NCBI GenBank assembly: GCA_049975265.1
Contig: JBNGDF010000009.1
Span: 10,295-74,294, forward strand
Direction: 5' to 3'
DNA from: Fidelibacterota bacterium
GTDB lineage: Bacteria > Fidelibacterota > UBA2242
DNA length: 64,000 nt
Part shown: positions 39,503-50,041 of the stretch, piece after piece
Layout: each line of letters begins with the position of its first letter
Numbering within the stretch: position 1 is the stretch's first letter
The notes under the pieces: generated by a model
What the model was told of the DNA's origin: nothing
Databases searched by the model: none
What the model saw: the letters and a program-made list of their open reading frames with translations, nothing else
Made by a program: the position numbers and the translations under genes

Positions 39503-42289
39503 ATGAAGTGGCGTTTTAGAAAAATCATATTGCTCTTATTCCTTTTTAGTCAGATTTATGGAAAATTCATAACCAGCGATGCACCAGTAACTTATCGGTT
39601 TTTAGCCGATGAGAATTCACCTCCCTATATGTATACGGAAAATGGGCAGGTCGTCGGCTTCTGTGTGGACCTGATCCATCGTATTACCGAAGTGATGAAT
39701 TTTCAGGTTGAAATCGAGGCGGGGCCCTGGGACGAGGTGCGGTCCGCCGTGGAGAATGGTGAAGTGGACGGTATACTGGCAATGTATTATTCCACCGAGC
39801 GTGATAAAATTCTGGATTTCTCAATTCCCCATTCTTCCATTACGCACGCTGTTTTTGTCCATGCCAAATCACCGGTACAATCGTATACCGATCTGAATCA
39901 TCGGAAAATAATCGTGCAGAAGGGCAGCATCATGCACGATTATCTGATCCAAAATGAAATCACCAGGTCCATCATCACCGTTGATAATGTAAAGGATGCC
40001 ATTCTGCTGCTGTCGCACGAAATTTATGACTGTGCGCTCCTCAGCAAAGTGCAGGGCGATTTTTACATTAAAAAGTATAAATTAAAAAACATTAAATCCC
40101 TGGAGGATTATTTTTCACCACGGGACTACTGTTTTGCCGTCTATAACAATCCGAAGCTGCTCCACCAGCTCAATGAAGGTTTAATCATTCTCCAGACCAG
40201 TGGAGAATATAACGCTCTTTTTCAGAAATGGATGACCATACCCGACAGGCCCAACCTGTTTGCGGGTCCGCTATTTCGCTACATTATCATCGGCGTCGTC
40301 ATTTTGGTCATCGGCATTTTTCTGACCCTTTTCTGGATTTGGTTTTTACGTAAGAGCGTTATCCATAAGACGGAGGAACTGCGGCGGGAAAATCAACAGC
40401 GCCGTCAGATCGAAAAGGCGCTCAGAGCCAGTGAAGAGAATTTTCGCTCCCTGGCGGAAAATGCCTTCGACGGGATTTTGATCAATGATGAGAATGGAAA
40501 TTATATTTATGCGAACAACAATGCGGCGGAAATCACCGGATATCCGGTATCGGTACTCTTAAAATTAAATATCAGAGATTTGACGCCCGAAGAAAATGTA
40601 AATGACGTGCTGGAGGCGTCAAAGAAACGTATTCGGGGTGAATCTGTCCACTCTTTTTATGAATCGCTCCTGCAGAGGAAAGACGGAACCATCATCCCCA
40701 TCGAAGTAGTGGCTTCCAGGACCGACTGGCACAATCAACCGGCGGACCTGGTGTTCATTCGGGACATTTCGTTGCGTAAGCAGATGGAGCGGGCGTTACA
40801 GAACAGCGAGATGAATTTCCGCCAGATCGTCGAGCGTTCGAATGACGCCATCTACGTGCAGCAAGATGACCGGTTTGTGCTGGTCAATCCGGCGCTGGTG
40901 AAGTTGATGGAATACAGTCGCGAGGAGCTATTACATCCGGATTTCGATTTTATTCATTTTGTGGATGATTCCGACCGGGCAAAAATCCGGGAGCGCTATG
41001 AAAACCGGGACCACAAAATCCGGATCAGCAAGCGTTGTGAATTCAAAGCGAAAACCAAAAGCGGCAGGAATCTGGATATGGAGGTCAGTGCCTCCAAGAT
41101 CATCTGGAACAATCGATCAGCCAGTCTCGGGATCATCCGGGATCTGACCCGTTTTAAACGCCTGCAGGAAGAGGCTTTCAAGATTGAAAAGCTGGATTCC
41201 ATCGGTGTATTGGCTGGCGGAATAGCCCACGATTTCAATAATATTCTGTCGGTCCTTTTGGGCAATGTCCAGCTGATCAAACTTAAGATCGGTAAGGAAG
41301 AGGACCTCAGCAAATATCTGGATCGTCTGGAAGAAACCATCTCCCGTGCAACCGGTCTGACACAACAGCTGTTGACCTTTTCCAAAGGGGGTGAACCGGT
41401 GGTTGAAGTAGCGTCAATAGCGGAGCTGATCCGTGACGTGGTGCCCTTTACTCTTACCGGCAGCAATGTCAAATCGGAATTTGTGATAGAGGACGATCTC
41501 TATCCCGTTGAGATGGACGTAAACCAGATATCTCAGGTTTTGACCAATATCGTTATCAACGCCAAACAGGCGATGCCCGGTGGCGGCAAACTGACCGTTG
41601 AGGCGAGTAATGTGATTATTGAGTCAGGCGATTTAGCGGGTAGTCTGGAACCCGGCGAATATGTGAAAATATCTATCACCGATCAGGGGATTGGGATTCC
41701 CGAAAAGATCATCGACAAAATATTTGACCCCTTCTTTAGTACAAAAAGTTCCGGCAGCGGCTTGGGTCTGGCGACCTGTTATTCTATTATTCAAAAGCAC
41801 GGCGGACATATCACCGTATCGTCCAGATCCGGCGAAGGGTCGACATTCACCATCTATCTGCCGGGGACGAAGAAACGGCTAAAGAAGGAAAAGAAGGTCA
41901 GGCGGAAACAGAAATTTCAGGGCAAAGTACTGCTGATGGACGATGAAGAGTCGGTGCGTGATTTTATGAGCAGTATGCTGCAGAGTCTGGGACTCAGTGT
42001 CGATGCTGTCGCTGATGGCAGTCGGGCGGTAAGTCATTACCAAAAGGCGCTAGAAAGCGGGTCGGCTCATGACCTGGTCATTCTTGACCTGACCATCCCC
42101 GGCAGCAAGGGGGGCAAAGATGTACTGAAAGACCTGCAAGCCATGAAACCCGATGTCGTGGCTATGGCATACAGCGGATATGCCGATAATCCGGTGATCA
42201 GTCGCCCTGAAGATTATGGTTTTAAAGCATCTTTCAGTAAGCCTTTTTCTATAGATACGCTGGTTAAGGTTATTTCGAAAGTAATGTAA
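39503..42289 (+). CDS. Hybrid sensor histidine kinase (SBP family 3 - TM - PAS - PAS - HisKA - HATPase - REC)
   Basis: Extracytoplasmic amino-acid-binding-type domain, two PAS, GGIAHDFNN H-box, NAKQA, DQGIG, GSGLGL, C-terminal LMDDE...DLTIP receiver. Confidence 0.93.
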   Translation: MKWRFRKIILLLFLFSQIYGKFITSDAPVTYRFLADENSPPYMYTENGQVVGFCVDLIHRITEVMNFQVEIEAGPWDEVRSAVENGEVDGILAMYYSTERDKILDFSIPHSSITHAVFVHAKSPVQSYTDLNHRKIIVQKGSIMHDYLIQNEITRSIITVDNVKDAILLLSHEIYDCALLSKVQGDFYIKKYKLKNIKSLEDYFSPRDYCFAVYNNPKLLHQLNEGLIILQTSGEYNALFQKWMTIPDRPNLFAGPLFRYIIIGVVILVIGIFLTLFWIWFLRKSVIHKTEELRRENQQRRQIEKALRASEENFRSLAENAFDGILINDENGNYIYANNNAAEITGYPVSVLLKLNIRDLTPEENVNDVLEASKKRIRGESVHSFYESLLQRKDGTIIPIEVVASRTDWHNQPADLVFIRDISLRKQMERALQNSEMNFRQIVERSNDAIYVQQDDRFVLVNPALVKLMEYSREELLHPDFDFIHFVDDSDRAKIRERYENRDHKIRISKRCEFKAKTKSGRNLDMEVSASKIIWNNRSASLGIIRDLTRFKRLQEEAFKIEKLDSIGVLAGGIAHDFNNILSVLLGNVQLIKLKIGKEEDLSKYLDRLEETISRATGLTQQLLTFSKGGEPVVEVASIAELIRDVVPFTLTGSNVKSEFVIEDDLYPVEMDVNQISQVLTNIVINAKQAMPGGGKLTVEASNVIIESGDLAGSLEPGEYVKISITDQGIGIPEKIIDKIFDPFFSTKSSGSGLGLATCYSIIQKHGGHITVSSRSGEGSTFTIYLPGTKKRLKKEKKVRRKQKFQGKVLLMDDEESVRDFMSSMLQSLGLSVDAVADGSRAVSHYQKALESGSAHDLVILDLTIPGSKGGKDVLKDLQAMKPDVVAMAYSGYADNPVISRPEDYGFKASFSKPFSIDTLVKVISKVM

Positions 42290-42406
42290 AAAACTGTGTC
42301 GTAAGTATGGTTTAGCGCTTGATTATTGAGCGTGGAGCAAATAACTTACCGCTTTATAAATGATGGGGTTGATAATTAAAAAAGAAGCTTTAAATATCGG
42401 AGATGA

Positions 42407-45025
42407 ATGAAAACGGCGGCGGAGATTCGCAAAGATTTTATCGACTTTTTTAGCAGTTTGGATCATGCAATTGTAAAAAGTGCTCCGGTTATTCCCATCA
42501 GTGATCCTACACTGCTTTTCACCAATGCCGGAATGAATCAGTTCAAACCGATCTTTCTCGATCAGGAGAAGCCGGTCTATAAACGGGTAGCCAATTCTCA
42601 AAAATGCATCCGGGTGAGCGGTAAGCACAACGATCTTGAGGAGGTTGGTAAAGACACATATCATCACACTTTCTTTGAAATGCTGGGTAACTGGTCGTTT
42701 GGGGATTATTATAAGCGTGAAGCGATCCGCTACGCCTGGACCCTATTTACCGAAATCTGGAAATTTCCCAAAACGCAACTCTGGGCGACAATTTACCAAA
42801 AAGACGACGAAGCTTATAAGTGTTGGCGGCAGGCAACCGACATTGATCCCAAGCGGATTTTACGCTTTGGGGAGAAGGATAATTTTTGGGAAATGGGTGA
42901 AACCGGTCCCTGCGGACCCTGCTCGGAAATTCACTATTATACCGGAGACGAACCAGACCGGCAATCCGCTGAATGTATCAATGCCGACAATCCGGAGTAT
43001 ATCGAGCTGTGGAATCTGGTCTTTATTCAGTACAATCGCGATGAACAGGGAGAGCTGCATCCGCTTTCAAAAAAACATGTAGATACAGGTGCCGGACTGG
43101 AGCGAATTGTTGCTGCTCTTCAGGGAAAGAAATCCAATTACGATACCGATCTTTTTACACCCTTAATCCGCAGAATCGAGGATCTGACGAAAATCGGGTA
43201 CCGTACCGAAACCGGAATGCCCCATCGCGTGATATCCGATCATGTCCGGATGCTGACCTTTGCTATTGCCGATGGCGGAATGCCTGCCAATGACGGTCGG
43301 GGGTATGTGATTCGGCGGATTCTGCGCCGGGCGGCGCGCTTTGGACGTATGCTGAATATGCACCAACCCTTTATTTATCAACTGGTGGATACGGTGGGTG
43401 AGATTCTGGGCGATGTTTATCCGGAAATCATCGAACGTAAGGAGCATATCAGGAAAGTAATCCGCTACGAAGAGCAATCCTTCGGTGAAACGCTTGATAA
43501 GGGACTGGAGGTCTACCAGCGAATAAAGGCTGAGCTCATATCGCAAAAGAAAACGGAAATACCCGGTACAGAAGTGTTCAAACTGTACGATACTTTTGGA
43601 TTTCCGCTGGACTTAACCCAGCTCATGGCTCGGGAGGATGGATTGACGGTTGACCTTGTGGGATTTCACCGGGAGATGGATAAACAGAAGGAGCGCGCAC
43701 GTGCCGCACAGCATTTCAAAAGAGGCGATACTGAATCTGCCCAACACTGGATTGTTGTCACCGAAGGTGAAGATTCGGAATTTGTAGGGTATGTGCAGAC
43801 AGCCACCCAGTCGATTGTAAGAAGATATTATGTTCAGGATGATACCTATTACCTGGTTCTGGACAAAACGCCGTTCTATGCGGAATCCGGTGGCGAAATC
43901 GGGGATACCGGGATCATTTCAAACAGCGAATTCAGCATAGAGGTCAGCGACACGCAAAAAACGGGCAATACGATTGTCCATATTGGTCGCCTGACAGATG
44001 GGAAAATCGGTCGGCAGGCAGAAGTCCGGGCTGAAATCGATGTCCGGCGCAGTGATGCAATACGTGCCAATCATACCGCCACCCATCTGTTGCACGCCGC
44101 TTTGCGGGAGGTACTGGGCGAGCATGTACATCAGGCTGGTTCTCTGGTGGAAGCCGGGCGCCTGCGTTTCGATTTTACCCATTATACGAAAGTCACGTCG
44201 GAAGAACTGGAACAAGTCGAGGATATCGTCAACCGGAAAATCCGTGAGAATATCGAGGTTGATATTCAATTCAAGTCGTTTGACGAGGCGAAAAAATCCG
44301 GTGCCATGGCGCTTTTCGGTGAAAAATATGACGACATCGTACGGGTGATCGATTTGGGTGATTTTTCCCGGGAGCTGTGTGGTGGCAAACATGTAGAACG
44401 CACGGGCGATATCGGCGGTTTTAAAATTATTTCGGAATCAGCAGTAGCCGCCGGAACCCGGCGCATTGAGGCGGTTACGGGTAAAATGGTATTTGAACTG
44501 CTGCGACAATATGAGCATTTAATCAGGGAAGTGACCCAGCTGCTGAATACCACATCCGATCAATTGTTGGCTAAGGTTCAGGAAATGCGTGAGCAACTCA
44601 ACCAGCTGGAAAAAAAGTTGCAATCTCAAACGGTCAGGGATGTGCAGACGGAACTGAACGAACTACTTGAGCAGGCAAAACGAATCAATGACCTAACACT
44701 TTTTTATCATCAGTATACCTCAATGTCGATGGACGAGTTGAAGCAGGTCGCCGACCTGTTTCGGGAAAGGGTGCAAACCGGCGTCGCATTGCTGATCTCA
44801 AAGACAGCTGAAAAATTGCTCCTGGTCGTATGCGTCAGCGACACCGGGATTCAGAAGTATAACCTCAATGCCGGTCAGATTGTCCAACAGCTCGGAATGA
44901 TACTCGGTGGCGGAGGTGGCGGCAGACCGCACCTGGCAACCGCCGGTGGGAAAGATTTCACTAAAATTCCCGAAGCCGTTGCAGCATTTGAGAACATGGT
45001 CAAGGAGCATTTAAACGGTCAATAA
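42407..45025 (+). CDS. alaS: Alanine--tRNA ligase
   Basis: DPTLLFTNAGM, HHTFFEMLGN, DTGAGLER, HTATHLLH and ELCGGKH editing motifs, GGGG. Confidence 0.98.
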   Translation: MKTAAEIRKDFIDFFSSLDHAIVKSAPVIPISDPTLLFTNAGMNQFKPIFLDQEKPVYKRVANSQKCIRVSGKHNDLEEVGKDTYHHTFFEMLGNWSFGDYYKREAIRYAWTLFTEIWKFPKTQLWATIYQKDDEAYKCWRQATDIDPKRILRFGEKDNFWEMGETGPCGPCSEIHYYTGDEPDRQSAECINADNPEYIELWNLVFIQYNRDEQGELHPLSKKHVDTGAGLERIVAALQGKKSNYDTDLFTPLIRRIEDLTKIGYRTETGMPHRVISDHVRMLTFAIADGGMPANDGRGYVIRRILRRAARFGRMLNMHQPFIYQLVDTVGEILGDVYPEIIERKEHIRKVIRYEEQSFGETLDKGLEVYQRIKAELISQKKTEIPGTEVFKLYDTFGFPLDLTQLMAREDGLTVDLVGFHREMDKQKERARAAQHFKRGDTESAQHWIVVTEGEDSEFVGYVQTATQSIVRRYYVQDDTYYLVLDKTPFYAESGGEIGDTGIISNSEFSIEVSDTQKTGNTIVHIGRLTDGKIGRQAEVRAEIDVRRSDAIRANHTATHLLHAALREVLGEHVHQAGSLVEAGRLRFDFTHYTKVTSEELEQVEDIVNRKIRENIEVDIQFKSFDEAKKSGAMALFGEKYDDIVRVIDLGDFSRELCGGKHVERTGDIGGFKIISESAVAAGTRRIEAVTGKMVFELLRQYEHLIREVTQLLNTTSDQLLAKVQEMREQLNQLEKKLQSQTVRDVQTELNELLEQAKRINDLTLFYHQYTSMSMDELKQVADLFRERVQTGVALLISKTAEKLLLVVCVSDTGIQKYNLNAGQIVQQLGMILGGGGGGRPHLATAGGKDFTKIPEAVAAFENMVKEHLNGQ

Positions 45026-45036
45026 TCGAGGAGAAT

Positions 45037-46479
45037 ATGGAGCCAGTCATCTATGAATACTCAGCCAAGGGGAAACAGGGGGTGTCGCTGCCGGGAAATC
45101 CGGTCGATGATAGCCTTGTGCGTCGGTTCATTCCGAATGAATTCCTGCGCAGAACAGAGCTGAATCTGCCGGAGGTCAGTGAACCCGAAGTTGTACGCCA
45201 TTTTACGAATCTTTCCGTCATGAATCATCATGTGGATAAAGGGTTTTACCCGCTGGGTTCGTGTACCATGAAATACAATCCCAAAATCAATGACAGACTC
45301 GCCGGTCTGGCGGGCTTTGCCGAAATCCACCCGCTGCAACCGGAAGAATCCGCCCAGGGAGCCCTGGAATTGATGCACGAACTGGAAAGACTTCTCTGCG
45401 CGTTAACCGGCATGTATGCGGCGACGCTGCAGCCGGCAGCCGGTTCACACGGGGAGTTGACCGGCGTGATGATCATGCAGAAATACCATGAATCCAAAGG
45501 AGAAAAACGGAAATATATTCTCATTCCCGATTCGGCGCACGGTACAAATCCCTCCAGTGCCTATTCCGCCAATTATGAAACGATTTCCCTGAATTCCAAT
45601 GACCGGGGTTGTATCGATATTGCCGACCTCCGTGAAAAAATGACTGCCGAAGTCGCCGGCTTGATGATCACCAATCCCAATACCTTGGGACTTTTTGAGG
45701 AAGAAGTGGTACAGATTGTAGAGCTTGTGCACCAGCACGACGGCATCGTTTATATGGATGGCGCCAATCTGAACGCTCTGCTGGGGATCACCTGTCCCGG
45801 TGATCTGGGTTTTGATATCACCCATATCAATCTACACAAAACCTTTTCCACACCCCATGGCGGTGGCGGACCGGGTAGCGGACCGATTGCGGTGGTGGAA
45901 AAATTGGCAAAATATCTGCCGGAACCGAGAGTCATAAAAACGAAAAACGGCTTTGCCTTGAGAACCGGTTCGCCGGATTCGATTGGTCGGGTTCTCGGCT
46001 CTTACGGCAATTTTGGGGTTATGGTTCGCGCCTATGTGTACATCACTATGTTGGGGCTCAGGGGTCTTACCGAGGTCTCTCGGAATGCGATTCTGAACGC
46101 CAACTATGTTCGGGTCAGGCTGGCTGACAAATTCAGCGTGCCCTACAATCGTGTCTGTATGCATGAATTTGTTGCCTCCGGTGAAAATCACCGGGAGTTG
46201 GGCATCAAGACTCTGGACATTGCCAAACGACTGCTGGATTTTGGTCTGCATGCACCGACGGTCTATTTCCCCCTGATCGTGCGCGAGGCTATTATGATTG
46301 AGCCGACAGAGACCGAGAGTAAACAGACGCTGGATAAATTTATCGCCGCCATGGAGCAGATCGACCGGGAAGCCCATGAAAATCCCGAGATTTTGCATCA
46401 GGCACCGCACATCACGCCAGTCCGCAGGTTGGAGGAGCTCAGGGCGAACAAGGAATTAAATGTCTGTTATGGAAAGTGA
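45037..46479 (+). CDS. gcvPB: Glycine dehydrogenase (aminomethyl-transferring) subunit 2
   Basis: YPLGSCTMKYNP, NLHKTFSTPHGGGGPG PLP-lysine motif, IEPTETE. Confidence 0.96.
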   Translation: MEPVIYEYSAKGKQGVSLPGNPVDDSLVRRFIPNEFLRRTELNLPEVSEPEVVRHFTNLSVMNHHVDKGFYPLGSCTMKYNPKINDRLAGLAGFAEIHPLQPEESAQGALELMHELERLLCALTGMYAATLQPAAGSHGELTGVMIMQKYHESKGEKRKYILIPDSAHGTNPSSAYSANYETISLNSNDRGCIDIADLREKMTAEVAGLMITNPNTLGLFEEEVVQIVELVHQHDGIVYMDGANLNALLGITCPGDLGFDITHINLHKTFSTPHGGGGPGSGPIAVVEKLAKYLPEPRVIKTKNGFALRTGSPDSIGRVLGSYGNFGVMVRAYVYITMLGLRGLTEVSRNAILNANYVRVRLADKFSVPYNRVCMHEFVASGENHRELGIKTLDIAKRLLDFGLHAPTVYFPLIVREAIMIEPTETESKQTLDKFIAAMEQIDREAHENPEILHQAPHITPVRRLEELRANKELNVCYGK

Positions 46480-46868
46480 CTATTATGACTCGAAAAATTA
46501 TTGAAACGGACAGGGCACCGCAGGCGATTGGTCCCTACAGTCAGGCGATTGTTTCCAACGGCTTTGTCTTTACTTCCGGTCAGGTGCCGATCAATCCGGC
46601 GAGCGGAAACATCGAAGCCACGACTTTCGGTGAGCAGGTACACCAAAGCCTTAAAAATGTTGCGGCACTTCTGGAAGCTGCCGGAAGCGATTTACACCGG
46701 ATCGTCAAAATAACGGTTTTTCTGACCGATTTGTCGCAATTTGCCGTACTGAATGAGGTATTTCAGGAATATTTTCCCGCGAATCAAGCCGCCCGCTCCG
46801 CCGTACAGGTCAGCCGGTTACCACTGGATGCTATGGTAGAGATCGAAGCGGTTGCAACTTTGGAGTAA
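46476..46868 (+). CDS. ridA: RidA-family reactive intermediate deaminase
   Basis: APQAIGPYSQA, SGQVP, ARSAVQV, VEIEA. Confidence 0.93.
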   Translation: MTIMTRKIIETDRAPQAIGPYSQAIVSNGFVFTSGQVPINPASGNIEATTFGEQVHQSLKNVAALLEAAGSDLHRIVKITVFLTDLSQFAVLNEVFQEYFPANQAARSAVQVSRLPLDAMVEIEAVATLE

Positions 46869-46874
46869 CAAATA

Positions 46875-47768
46875 TTGGGGGAAAAGCGATTTGCGATTAT
46901 TGTCAATCCGGTAGCCGGTCGGGGGCGAACGGCAAAGCTGTTACCCAGGCTGAAAGAGGTTGTTGCCCGGACGGATCAACGCTTTGACTTTTACTATACC
47001 GAGGCACCCTATCACGCCGCCCGGATTACCGATCAGATTCATCGCGAATACGATGCGGTGGTGGCTTTTGGTGGAGATGGCACCGCCAACGAGGTGGTCA
47101 ACGGTTTGGCGGGAACTCCGACCCCATTTGGTGTAATTCCGGAAGGTTCGGGAAACGATTTCGCCCGGACGATTCATGTTTCCCGCGATATTCGCAAAGC
47201 CGTAGATCTGCTGGTGAAATACGATTATCGTCTGATGGACCTGGGAACGATCGGCGATCGCGTTTTTCTGAACGGCGTCGGTATCGGCTTTGACGGATTC
47301 GTCAATTACCGTCGTAAAAATGTAAAATTCCTGAAAGGCTCGCTTTCCTATCTGTATACGGTTTTCAGCAGCCTGGCGATGTGGAAATCGATCCCGGTCA
47401 ATCTCGAAATCGACGGCAGAAGTATCGGTCGGAGTCTGGTCTATCTCCTGGCAATCGGCAACGGCTGGTCGGTGGGCGGTGGCTTGAAACTGACTCCCAA
47501 TGCTTCCATTCACGACAGCCTTTTTGATATCTGTCATGTGAGTGATATTCCTGTCTGGAAGGTACTGCTACATTTTGCAAAGTTGAAAAACGGCACACTG
47601 GAACGGGTGCGGGAGGTTACGATTACCCGGGGTTCACGGATAAAAGTGAGCAGTGATAGTCATCTGCCGATCCATTTTGATGGCGAGGTCTACGATCCTA
47701 AAGCCCGGGAAGTGGATATCGGCATCGTACCTCAATCGGCATTTGTCATTGGAGACTGGCGGAATTGA
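46875..47768 (+). CDS. Diacylglycerol kinase family lipid kinase (YegS/DgkB-like)
   Basis: IVNPVAG, GGDGT, GSGNDFAR, GGG, DGE. Confidence 0.92.
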   Translation: MGEKRFAIIVNPVAGRGRTAKLLPRLKEVVARTDQRFDFYYTEAPYHAARITDQIHREYDAVVAFGGDGTANEVVNGLAGTPTPFGVIPEGSGNDFARTIHVSRDIRKAVDLLVKYDYRLMDLGTIGDRVFLNGVGIGFDGFVNYRRKNVKFLKGSLSYLYTVFSSLAMWKSIPVNLEIDGRSIGRSLVYLLAIGNGWSVGGGLKLTPNASIHDSLFDICHVSDIPVWKVLLHFAKLKNGTLERVREVTITRGSRIKVSSDSHLPIHFDGEVYDPKAREVDIGIVPQSAFVIGDWRN

Positions 47769-47778
47769 ACCACCATCG

Positions 47779-48342
47779 ATGGGATCTGTGATTACACATA
47801 CCAGATTTCGGATACCCCTTATTTTAATTCTCTTCATTGTCACGGCAAGAGGGGAAGTCTTTGAAAAAATGCCGCCCGATTCGGCGCGACGAATCAGACC
47901 CAAAGCGGCGCTTATCCGTTCGGCGATTCTGCCCGGCTGGGGACATTTTTATGTTCATAAACCGCTCAAAGGCGTCCTCTATTTTTCACTGGAAGCCTAC
48001 CATCTATACCAATTTATCGAATACAATGCGATTTATCGGCATGTGAAAATGACGAAGGAGAAGGTCGGTATCGAAGACTGGAGTAAACTATCAGAAGCAG
48101 AGAAAAAGGAGGAAATTAAAACCATAACCGGATATGAATTGAACGATGCTACCTGGCGTCCGCGGGAGATTCGCAACAAATACGGCTGGTGGTGTGTCGG
48201 ATTCTATCTGATCGGCATGCTGGATGCCTTTGTTGATGCGCATCTCTACTATTTTCCGACTGATAAAATTGAACTCACAGGTCATCCTGTTACCGGCAGT
48301 GTCGGCATTCGATTATCATGGAATTTGAGGGGCACAGAATGA
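47779..48342 (+). CDS. DUF5683-like membrane protein
   Basis: PKAALIRSAILPGWGHFY and LDAFVDAHL motifs; start uncertain. Confidence 0.75.
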   Translation: MGSVITHTRFRIPLILILFIVTARGEVFEKMPPDSARRIRPKAALIRSAILPGWGHFYVHKPLKGVLYFSLEAYHLYQFIEYNAIYRHVKMTKEKVGIEDWSKLSEAEKKEEIKTITGYELNDATWRPREIRNKYGWWCVGFYLIGMLDAFVDAHLYYFPTDKIELTGHPVTGSVGIRLSWNLRGTE

Positions 48343-49694
48343 TAAATCAGCGTGAGCAGTGGGGCTCGAAACTGGGTTTTGTACTTGCGGCTGCCGGGTC
48401 GGCGGTGGGTTTGGGCAATATCTGGAAATTTCCCTATCTGGTCGGCGAAAACGGAGGTGCGGCGTTTATTCTGTTATATCTGATTTGTGTATTACTGGTG
48501 GGGCTGCCGGTCGTCATCGCAGAAATTCTGATCGGTCGCACCGCGCAACGCAATCCGGTCGGCAGTTTCAGGGAGCTCAGCCACGGGAATCCCTTCTGGA
48601 TGGCAGTTGGCGGACTGGGGGTTCTGACCGGCTTTCTGATTTTGTCCTATTACAATGTGATCGCCGGCTGGAGTCTGGGATATGTGGTGGAATCCTGCAA
48701 AGGCAGCTTCCGGCAGATCGGGGATCCGGCGCTTGCCGGGGAACTGTTCAGCAGCCTGTCATCAAAACCGCATTGGACACTGCTGTTTCACGCTGTTTTT
48801 ATGATGATCACCATTGCGATTATTTATTCGGGTGTGACGAAAGGGATTGAACGAGCCAGTAAGATTATGATGCCGGTGCTGGTGATCCTGATCCTGATTC
48901 TGGTGATCAGAGGAATTACCCTGGAGGGTGCCGGTGCCGGAATACATTATCTTTTGAGAGTGGATTTTTCGGTGATTACCGGAAGGACTTTTTTCCTGGC
49001 GCTCGGTCAGGCATTTTTCTCGCTTAGTCTGGGAATGGGTGCGTTACTGACGTATGGCAGCTATATGTCGAAAAAAGAGAGCATCCCCGGCAGTGCAATC
49101 AATATTGTCGTTCTGGACACGGTAATTGCTTTGCTGGCGGGTTTCATGATTTTTCCGGCGGTGTTTGCCATGGGTATGCATCCGGCGCAGGGTCCATCGT
49201 TGATTTTTAACATTTTGCCGGTTGTATTCAATTCGATTCCCGCGGGCTATTTTTTCCGCATTGTGTTTTTCCTGCTATTGACAGTGGCGGCACTGACGTC
49301 AACCATTTCGCTGCTGGAGGTGATCACCACCTTTGTCGTAGATGAATTTCATCTCCCGCGCAAGAAGGCGGCTATCGTTCTTGGAATCGTGGTATTTATC
49401 ATCGGTGTACCGAGTGCAATGTCCTTTTGCGGCTGGCAGAATGTGCGTCTGTTTGGATTGACCTGTTTCGATTTTGTTGATTTTATTTCTGCGAATATAT
49501 TCTTACCTTTAGGCGGAATTTTTATTGCGTTATTTGTCGGTTGGTTCTGGAATACGGAGAAAGCGGTCGGGCATTTACTCGAAGGTACCGCTAAACGGTC
49601 TTCCTTTCTGATATCGACCTGGATATTTTTGATTCGTTTCGTAACACCGGTGTTGATTTTGTTGATTTTCCTGAGCAGTATCGGAATTTTATGA
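48339..49694 (+). CDS. Sodium-dependent transporter, neurotransmitter:sodium symporter (NSS/SNF) family
   Basis: REQWGSKLGFVLAAAGSAVGLGNIWKFPY, GQAFFSLSLG; multiple TM helices. Confidence 0.95.
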   Translation: MINQREQWGSKLGFVLAAAGSAVGLGNIWKFPYLVGENGGAAFILLYLICVLLVGLPVVIAEILIGRTAQRNPVGSFRELSHGNPFWMAVGGLGVLTGFLILSYYNVIAGWSLGYVVESCKGSFRQIGDPALAGELFSSLSSKPHWTLLFHAVFMMITIAIIYSGVTKGIERASKIMMPVLVILILILVIRGITLEGAGAGIHYLLRVDFSVITGRTFFLALGQAFFSLSLGMGALLTYGSYMSKKESIPGSAINIVVLDTVIALLAGFMIFPAVFAMGMHPAQGPSLIFNILPVVFNSIPAGYFFRIVFFLLLTVAALTSTISLLEVITTFVVDEFHLPRKKAAIVLGIVVFIIGVPSAMSFCGWQNVRLFGLTCFDFVDFISANIFLPLGGIFIALFVGWFWNTEKAVGHLLEGTAKRSSFLISTWIFLIRFVTPVLILLIFLSSIGIL

Positions 49695-50041
49695 TAAGAA
49701 GAGTGTTGATAATTCTCATTATCCTGACAATTGGCAGCGCACCGATGTACAGTCAGAGAGGCGAATACGACCTGTGCGATTCCTGGTTTGGCAGGGATAA
49801 ATTAAAGCATTTAAGTAGTTCGTTTGTCCTGACCACAACCGGATACTACATTCAGACGCGGATGGTTGATTTTTCAGAAACGCAGTCACTCGGTCGCGCC
49901 GGTCTGGTTACGGTTTCTCTGGGACTGGGCAAGGAGCTCCGGGATCGGAGAAAACCCAAAGGGCTGTTCAGCTACCGGGACCTTTTGGCAGATGTAGCGG
50001 GTGCCGGTTTGGCAATTCTTTTTATCAAGGTGATTCAATGA
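49691..50041 (+). CDS. YfiM/DUF2279-like small membrane protein
   Basis: DSWFGRDKLKH, GLGKELRD, FSYRDLLAD motifs. Confidence 0.8.
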   Translation: MIRRVLIILIILTIGSAPMYSQRGEYDLCDSWFGRDKLKHLSSSFVLTTTGYYIQTRMVDFSETQSLGRAGLVTVSLGLGKELRDRRKPKGLFSYRDLLADVAGAGLAILFIKVIQ

